Positions 57,917-64,000 of a DNA stretch of 64,000 nucleotides are shown one piece after another. Under the pieces are notes generated by a model, which made no database searches, was not told the DNA's origin, and saw only the letters and a list, made by a program, of their open reading frames with translations. How positions within the stretch are numbered: the first letter of the stretch is position 1; every line of letters begins with the position of its first letter. The translations under genes and the position numbers were made by a program. The stretch lies in contig JBAZKA010000005.1 of NCBI GenBank assembly GCA_041651015.1, positions 1,326-65,325 on the forward strand, in the 5' to 3' direction. Origin of the DNA: Patescibacteria group bacterium (GTDB taxonomy: Bacteria > Patescibacteriota > Patescibacteriia > Magasanikbacterales > GWA2-37-8).

Positions 57917-59797
57917 ATGGCCTTCAAACCATCATCAATAAATAAAAAAGAAGAAAAAAAATCAACCGGGCGTTTAGCCATGGAAACTTCGGCCATCAAA
58001 CAGAGTACGGCCGAAGAAATGGCCACGCTGGAAGAGGAGCGGATTTATCGCGAGGGCGTAATTTCCATTCGTGATTTAGTGGCGCCGTCCGCGTTTCGCG
58101 TGGAATCAAGTTTTGTTCAGCTCGGCGATGTTTTTTGCCGTACGCTTTTCATCACCGCGTATCCGCGCTACATCTCCATCGGTTGGGCCTCGCCGATTAT
58201 CAACATGTCGGCCACGATGGATGTGGGCATGTTTTTCTATCCGATTAAATCCGCGATAATTTTGAAACAATTAAAAAATAAAGTCGGCGCCTTGGAGGCG
58301 CAAATAAATTCCGATACTGAAAAGGGCGCCCCGCGCGACCCGATTCGCGAAACGGCTTTGCGCGATATAGAACAATTGCGCGACAACCTGACTCAAGGAA
58401 CCGAACACTTTTTCCAATTTTGTTTTTATGCCACGGTTTATGCTAAGAGCAAGGAAGAATTGGACCGGACATCCGAAGATATAGAAAATATTTTTGGCGG
58501 CAAACTAATAATTACGCGTAAGGTTTTGTATCAAGCCGAGCAAGGCTTTAATTCCACTTTGCCGATTGCGAACGACGAACTTTTTATTTCTTTCAACATG
58601 AATTCGTCGCCGATTGCCGCCTCGTTCCCGTTTATCTCGGCCGAGCTGACTTCGGATGATGGTATTTTGTACGGTATCAATCGCCACAACAATAGTTTGA
58701 TTTTGTTTGATAGATTTTCCCTGCAAAACGCCAATATGGTGGTCTTTGCCACCTCGGGCGCGGGCAAAAGTTATACTATTAAATTGGAAATTCTGCGCAC
58801 GATGATGATGGGTGTGGACGTGATTGTCATTGACCCGGAAATGGAATACAAACATTTGAGCGACGCGGTTGGGGGGACGTATATCAATATTTCGCTTTCA
58901 TCCGAAGCTAAGATCAATCCTTTTGATTTGCCTCGTCCGATGGGGATGGAAATTTCCACCGAGGATGTCATCCGGAGCGCGGTGATTACCGTTAAAGGTT
59001 TACTCCGCATCATGCTTGGCGGTTTATCCGTGGAGCAGGACGCGATTATTGATCGGGCTTTGATTGAAGCGTTTGCCAAAAAAGATATTACGCCGGATGC
59101 GGATTTGGCCACCGTTCGTCCGCCGATTATGCAGGATTTGGTGGAAGTTTTGGAAGGCATGCAAGGTTCGGGCGAGTTGGTGCTCAAATTGCAAAAATAC
59201 ACTGATGGCACATTTGCCGGCTTGTTTAATTCGCCGACCAATGTGGATATGAAAAATCAATTGGTGGTATTTTCAGTCCGAGATTTGGAAGAAGAACTTC
59301 GTCCGATTGCCATCTATACCATTATCAACTACATTTGGAACGTGGTGCGGTCCGAACGCAAAAAAAGAATTCTGGTGATTGATGAGGCTTGGTGGCTGAT
59401 GATGCATGAGGACTCGGCGAAATTTATTTTTTCTCTGGTCAAACGCGCGCGTAAATATTATTTGGGCGTCACCACCATCACTCAGGATGTAAACGACTTT
59501 TTGAAGTCTCAATACGGACAAGCGATCGTCACGAACTCGGCTTTACAGTTATTACTTCGCCAGTCGCCGGCTTCCATTGATTTGATTCAAAAAGTATTTG
59601 TCTTGACCGACAGTGAAAAATATCTATTATTGGAATCGGGTGTGGGCGAAGGGATTTTCTTTGCCGGACTAAAGCATGCGGCTATCAAAGTGGTGGCGTC
59701 ATACACCGAAGACCAAATTGTCACCACCAATCCTGAACAGCTTTTGGCCATAGAAAAAGCCAAAAAAGAATTTTCCGCCCAAGGCGGATCAGCTTAG
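57917..59797 (+). CDS. VirB4/TrbE-family conjugal transfer ATPase, central and C-terminal ATPase part
   Basis: RTLFITAYPRYISIGWASPIINMSATMD. Walker A FATSGAGKSYTIK. Walker B ILVIDEAWWLM. Different frame from 57225-57911, separated by TGA + 5 nt. Confidence 0.85.
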   Translation: MAFKPSSINKKEEKKSTGRLAMETSAIKQSTAEEMATLEEERIYREGVISIRDLVAPSAFRVESSFVQLGDVFCRTLFITAYPRYISIGWASPIINMSATMDVGMFFYPIKSAIILKQLKNKVGALEAQINSDTEKGAPRDPIRETALRDIEQLRDNLTQGTEHFFQFCFYATVYAKSKEELDRTSEDIENIFGGKLIITRKVLYQAEQGFNSTLPIANDELFISFNMNSSPIAASFPFISAELTSDDGILYGINRHNNSLILFDRFSLQNANMVVFATSGAGKSYTIKLEILRTMMMGVDVIVIDPEMEYKHLSDAVGGTYINISLSSEAKINPFDLPRPMGMEISTEDVIRSAVITVKGLLRIMLGGLSVEQDAIIDRALIEAFAKKDITPDADLATVRPPIMQDLVEVLEGMQGSGELVLKLQKYTDGTFAGLFNSPTNVDMKNQLVVFSVRDLEEELRPIAIYTIINYIWNVVRSERKKRILVIDEAWWLMMHEDSAKFIFSLVKRARKYYLGVTTITQDVNDFLKSQYGQAIVTNSALQLLLRQSPASIDLIQKVFVLTDSEKYLLLESGVGEGIFFAGLKHAAIKVVASYTEDQIVTTNPEQLLAIEKAKKEFSAQGGSA

Positions 59798-59827
59798 GAC
59801 TGAAATGTATATAAAATAAATTTTAAT

Positions 59828-60421
59828 ATGACCACACTTCGTTCCCGAATATTTATTCTCATCAGTTTGATTGTTCTCATAATATTGGCCATCAGCATTG
59901 GCTTGATTGTGATTTCCAAGAAAAAACAGGCCGCTACTGTGGCCGAGACAACTCCAACCACGACTGCCGGCACGATTGATTCCACGAATTTTCCGGCGCA
60001 AATTACCACGCCGGCCACGGTTATTCCTTCCGGCACGACCGTAAAGCCGGCCACCACTGAAGAAACCATGAAAAATGCGGCTAAACAATTGGCTAAAATT
60101 TTTGTGGAGCGGTATGGCTCATATTCATCGGACGCAAGCGGTGAAAATATCCGTTCGGTGGAACCATTGGTGACGAAAGATTTGTGGGCAATCTTGAGCC
60201 AGCGCTTGAACGTAAAATACAACGGTGATTTTATCGGCGTCACCACCAAGGTTATCGCAACCAATGTGACGGATTTTTCAGCGTCCAGCGCAACAGTTGA
60301 ACTTAATTCCCAGAGGACGACCACCAAGGGTGCTACCGTGGCCGAGAGCACTCAAGCGGCGACGGTTAAACTGGTTAAATCCGGTGATAACTGGCTGGTG
60401 GATGATATCAAGTGGAAGTAA
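59828..60421 (+). CDS. Thr-rich membrane-anchored protein (possible VirB8-like periplasmic-domain protein; weak)
   Basis: N-terminal TM, Thr/Ala-rich linker, about 110-aa globular C-terminal domain. Confidence 0.45.
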   Translation: MTTLRSRIFILISLIVLIILAISIGLIVISKKKQAATVAETTPTTTAGTIDSTNFPAQITTPATVIPSGTTVKPATTEETMKNAAKQLAKIFVERYGSYSSDASGENIRSVEPLVTKDLWAILSQRLNVKYNGDFIGVTTKVIATNVTDFSASSATVELNSQRTTTKGATVAESTQAATVKLVKSGDNWLVDDIKWK

Positions 60422-60535
60422 TTTTTATTATTCAATTTTCCTCCCCCTATTAGGGGGAGGACAGAGGAGGGGGTATGTTTTGTTGACCTCACCCTCTGTC
60501 CCTCTCCTAAAAGGAGAGGGATTTAATTAGTTTAT

Positions 60536-61054
60536 ATGAGGAAAAAATTATTGGTCGCAATTCTAATTATCGCGTTGCTCGTGTTGGTCGGCCTAATTAC
60601 CTGGCAATTTTACGGTCGTTCGTGGTGGGAAATAAAAAAAGAAAAGATTTCTATTGGTTTGTCTGAGCCAAATTTTCCTTGGCGCGATAGAACTCAAGAT
60701 GAATTAAATACACTATATCCACAAATTAAAAACGCCGATGTGGCGACTCGGACCACGCCCGAGCAAACGTATGCCAAATTTAGAGAAGGTTTGAAAAATA
60801 ATGATTTGCCAACTGTATTGGATCAATTATTCAAAGATTCTTCGCGCTATGAATCAAATGTCGCGGCTATCTCTAAGGCGTATAATGAAAATAAATTTAC
60901 TTCAATTTATGAAAAATATCCGGAGGTGATAACAAGTACTCTACAGGGTGATTCGCTGGCGCAGTATGTATTTATATATAACAACGGGGCATCTTCGCAT
61001 CATGTTGATTTCAATAAAAATAGCAGCGGAGATTGGAAAATAACGCAATATTAA
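60536..61054 (+). CDS. Membrane-anchored hypothetical protein
   Basis: N-terminal TM plus about 140-aa domain. Preceded by a cluster of GC hairpins (60440-60517). Confidence 0.5.
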   Translation: MRKKLLVAILIIALLVLVGLITWQFYGRSWWEIKKEKISIGLSEPNFPWRDRTQDELNTLYPQIKNADVATRTTPEQTYAKFREGLKNNDLPTVLDQLFKDSSRYESNVAAISKAYNENKFTSIYEKYPEVITSTLQGDSLAQYVFIYNNGASSHHVDFNKNSSGDWKITQY

Positions 61055-61065
61055 TAATATATTAT

Positions 61066-63666
61066 ATGAGGAGGGTAATTTTCTTTGCCGTATTGATTGT
61101 TATAATTGTATCCATAGCAACTATATCTAAACAGGCAAGTTCCTTTGATACTTATGTGGCGCACCCGCATTTGACCGAGGCGGCAATAAATTTATTTAAT
61201 CAAAAAGCGGGCAATAAAATAAACGATGAAGAAAAACAAAATATTATTCAAGGGTCAATTGATGAGGATACACCGGCTCGTTGGATGAATCATTTTTATA
61301 ACCCGAATACGAACAAGGGGTTATATGGTTTTTCCTCAGCTAAAAAATGGGTCAATTATCCAGACTCGCAAGAAATGTACGCTGTCGGCGACCAATCATG
61401 GGACGCGGCTTTATATGCCTATGCGGATAACGATTATAATACGGCCTTTTTGGCTTTGGGGCATGTTTTGCATTTGATTGAAGATATGGCGGTGCCGGCC
61501 CACACACGTCTTGATTCGCATCCCGAGGGCGACCCGTTGGAATCATGGGCCGAAAAATATAATCCAGGTTTTGCAAGAGAAGATATAGAATATTACGATA
61601 ATTTAGATGCATATTTTTATAATTTAGCCAGTATTTCAAATAATAATTTTTTTAGTGAAGATACGATAGATAAGAAAGATATAAATCTAAATAATATTAA
61701 AGGAGTAATATATAGTGGCGTTCCGCTAAATTGTGTCCAAGAATTATATGATAATAAGAAATATTGTAAAATAGCCGTTGAAGAAGATCTCGTTGACTCA
61801 AATAATAATAAATATTTTATAACAGATAAAATTAACTCCGACTACTATTCCATTCTCGCGCCAAAAGCCGTATCATACGCGGCCGGAGTAATCCAATTAT
61901 TTTTTGAACAAGGCGAGGCAACACGCGCTAAACATGATGCAATTAGAGCCAAGTATAACGCGTATACAAATGCCTTAACAAAATTATTTATTAATCAAAA
62001 CGGGAAACTTGTTTCCGCAGTTGACCTTTTGAAAAATCCGCAAACCTCGCAAAAGGTCGCTGATGTAATTATCCAATCGGTCAATAAAACTCAGGCGGAA
62101 ACCACCAAAGAAATTATCAAGATCTTAACTCCGGCCACCACGACAAAAACTGCCGATGTATTGGGTGAAAAAATTATTCCGCCTTTGGAAAATGATGTAT
62201 CTTCAGCTACCTCAACCACAGATGATTCCGTCAAAACAATATATTTATTTACCGGTTCGCCCGCTTATGTTTTTGAACCATGGCCGGCTTTGATTTTTGA
62301 TTCAATATTTTCTTCAACGCTTTATACTTCGTCAACATTGGTCTCGGTATTTGGCGAGTGCGCCAGCGGGACACAATCAATTTTTGTATATCGCTCGGCC
62401 GAGTCATCGTCAACTCCTGACTATATGGCGAACGCCACTACCACGATAAATAATATTAACTGGTCGTCAGAACTAATTCCGCAATACGGCATCAATTTAT
62501 ATTATTTTTCCGCGCTCGGCGATGATGGACGTCCGACTTCGTCGGCCGTTGGGCCGGCGCAAATCATTTTAGATTACTTTGCTCCGTCGTCCACCGCGCT
62601 CGCGGCCGAAATAATTTCCACGTCCACCACTTCCACTGTAATTCATTTAAATCTTTCGGCCGAAGAAAATATCTCTGTTCCAGTTGCGTATGATTTGGAT
62701 TTTTCGGCCAGCGGCACTGAATGGGCTAACCTTCTATCAGTATCCACTAGTACATTTTATGATTTTACGGCGACCAGTTCGGGCGATTATGTGTTTCGTT
62801 TGCGGGCAAGCGACGCGCTTGGCAACGTGTCTGACTATGTATTCGCGACGACCACTGTGGAATTAGGACCGATTGAATATGAGTACATCCATCTGAGCGG
62901 GGAACAAATTGATGATGAATTAATTTTAACCGCGACCGGCAGTCCGTATATTTTGGAGCATTATATTGTCCCGGCTGGTAAAATTTTACGGCTTCAACCC
63001 GGCACAATAGTCAAAGGATTAAACCGCGCTTCGTATATGGAAATATATGGTTCAATGTATGTTGAAGGGGCGGGGAGCGGCCGCGTTGCGTTTACGTCAG
63101 TCCAAGATAGAAGTTTTGGCGATGATAGAACCAACACGATGACTCTTGGCACAAACAATGAACCAGCAGCGTGGGATTGGGGTGGCCTGATATTCTATGG
63201 CGGTAGTTATGGCGAGATAAACTACGCAGATTTTCGTTATAGCGGTTCAGACCCGTTCCTGTGCCTAACCGCGCGGGCTACCTGTGGTTTCTATAGTAAA
63301 ACAATTTATGCCGGCGATGGCGTCATCTTGTCAATTGATAATTCCACCTTTTCATACGGCGGCAACTTGTATATTAAAGCGGAATTTTATCAATCAATTC
63401 CGGAAGCGAACTCAATTTCCATAACCAATACTATTTTTGATGGCGCTAATTCCTATAGTAATTACGGTTCCGGAATTGGCGGAATATATATTGTACGCGG
63501 TGCGTTGCATTTAGATAATGTGCAATTTTTAAATTTAGAATATGGAATATATTCCGACTCGCGTGATTGGAATTGGCCGGCGATCACAATAAACAATGTT
63601 TCATCGGCGAATTTCATTAACGTGACAACGCCGGTTTATCCGGAGGGAATATTGACGCTTGAGTGA
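61066..63666 (+). CDS. Membrane-anchored zinc-dependent phospholipase C (PLC/nuclease P1 fold)-like protein with C-terminal beta-helix region
   Basis: YVAHPHLTEAAI..., HFYNPNTNKG (compare B. cereus PLC HFYDPDNGKTY), ALGHVLHLIEDMAVPAHT (compare LGLSLHYLGDVNQPMHA). C-terminal Gly/Asn/Ser-rich repeats typical of parallel beta-helix. Start at internal ATG 61066. Confidence 0.65.
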   Translation: MRRVIFFAVLIVIIVSIATISKQASSFDTYVAHPHLTEAAINLFNQKAGNKINDEEKQNIIQGSIDEDTPARWMNHFYNPNTNKGLYGFSSAKKWVNYPDSQEMYAVGDQSWDAALYAYADNDYNTAFLALGHVLHLIEDMAVPAHTRLDSHPEGDPLESWAEKYNPGFAREDIEYYDNLDAYFYNLASISNNNFFSEDTIDKKDINLNNIKGVIYSGVPLNCVQELYDNKKYCKIAVEEDLVDSNNNKYFITDKINSDYYSILAPKAVSYAAGVIQLFFEQGEATRAKHDAIRAKYNAYTNALTKLFINQNGKLVSAVDLLKNPQTSQKVADVIIQSVNKTQAETTKEIIKILTPATTTKTADVLGEKIIPPLENDVSSATSTTDDSVKTIYLFTGSPAYVFEPWPALIFDSIFSSTLYTSSTLVSVFGECASGTQSIFVYRSAESSSTPDYMANATTTINNINWSSELIPQYGINLYYFSALGDDGRPTSSAVGPAQIILDYFAPSSTALAAEIISTSTTSTVIHLNLSAEENISVPVAYDLDFSASGTEWANLLSVSTSTFYDFTATSSGDYVFRLRASDALGNVSDYVFATTTVELGPIEYEYIHLSGEQIDDELILTATGSPYILEHYIVPAGKILRLQPGTIVKGLNRASYMEIYGSMYVEGAGSGRVAFTSVQDRSFGDDRTNTMTLGTNNEPAAWDWGGLIFYGGSYGEINYADFRYSGSDPFLCLTARATCGFYSKTIYAGDGVILSIDNSTFSYGGNLYIKAEFYQSIPEANSISITNTIFDGANSYSNYGSGIGGIYIVRGALHLDNVQFLNLEYGIYSDSRDWNWPAITINNVSSANFINVTTPVYPEGILTLE

Positions 63667-63667
63667 T

Positions 63668-64000
63668 GTGTTTAAACAATTTTTACTCTTAATCAAAGCC
63701 ACACTTTTTCCAATCTATTGCGTGGAATGCGGCGCGGAAGGCGAGTGGTGGTGCAAAAAATGTTTAGCCCGACAGGAAAAATGTTTTGGCGAGTTTGAGG
63801 CCAGTGCGTCATCGTTGGATGGCGCTTTTGCCTTTTTACCATACTTGGAGCAGGTGCCAGCTGGTAAATTAATCCGCGCGTTTAAATATAATTTCGCCTC
63901 GGATATTGAGAATGTTTGGCATAAGGTAATTGTTCACAGCGAAAAATTTGATAATTTTGCCAAACAAATATCAACGGAAAATTGTATGATTGTGCCAGTC
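63668..64000 (+). CDS. ComF-family protein (partial, continues beyond window); GTG/TTG start
   Basis: Double CxxC (PIYCVECGAEGEWWCKKC) as in ComFC/amidophosphoribosyltransferase-like proteins. No stop before the window end. Confidence 0.5.
   Translation, partial: MFKQFLLLIKATLFPIYCVECGAEGEWWCKKCLARQEKCFGEFEASASSLDGAFAFLPYLEQVPAGKLIRAFKYNFASDIENVWHKVIVHSEKFDNFAKQISTENCMIVPV

Overview
The window is a low-GC (about 40%) bacterial chromosome segment with small, streamlined genes and many giant, Cys-rich extracellular proteins. This pattern is typical of Candidate Phyla Radiation (Patescibacteria) genomes.

Housekeeping backbone: two GT4 glycosyltransferases, a polyprenyl-phosphate sugar transferase, RNase J, tRNA-Leu(CAG), an OppA-like substrate-binding protein, secG, a DsbA-like oxidoreductase, uvrA, rplS, gmk, an RluD-like pseudouridine synthase, tRNA-Ile(UAU), PAP2, a sugar-1-P nucleotidyltransferase, mltG, queA, rplK-nusG-secE, gyrB, a GNAT acetyltransferase, a SEDS protein, prfB, a TsaC fusion, rsmA, and an unusually long RNase P RNA (rnpB).

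Accessory content, 5' to 3':
- A GxxExxY-family gene inserted into one copy of an 85-bp repeat.
- A family of GC-rich palindromic elements inserted in-frame into conserved enzymes (GT4, RluD, QueA), with one intergenic copy.
- A GC-rich three-gene small-protein operon.
- A GC-rich island with a short precursor-like peptide, a hairpin, and a radical-SAM/SPASM enzyme carrying an N-terminal PqqD-like RiPP-recognition element (RRE).
- A 2727-aa Cys-rich surface protein whose C-terminal about 125 aa is repeated downstream as start-codon-less orphan modules. The orphans sit in tandemly duplicated cassettes (terminator, acidic-repeat lipoprotein on the opposite strand, conserved promoter repeat, TA pair hicBA or mnt-hepT, orphan C-terminal module). 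This is the architecture of polymorphic-toxin C-terminal cassette arrays.
- Directly downstream, a type-IV-secretion-like cluster: VirB6/TrbL-like protein with a 700-aa coiled-coil tail, a VirB3/PrgI-like protein, VirB4 split into two ORFs, and a membrane-anchored zinc phospholipase-C-like beta-helix protein.

No rRNA genes or CRISPR arrays were seen.
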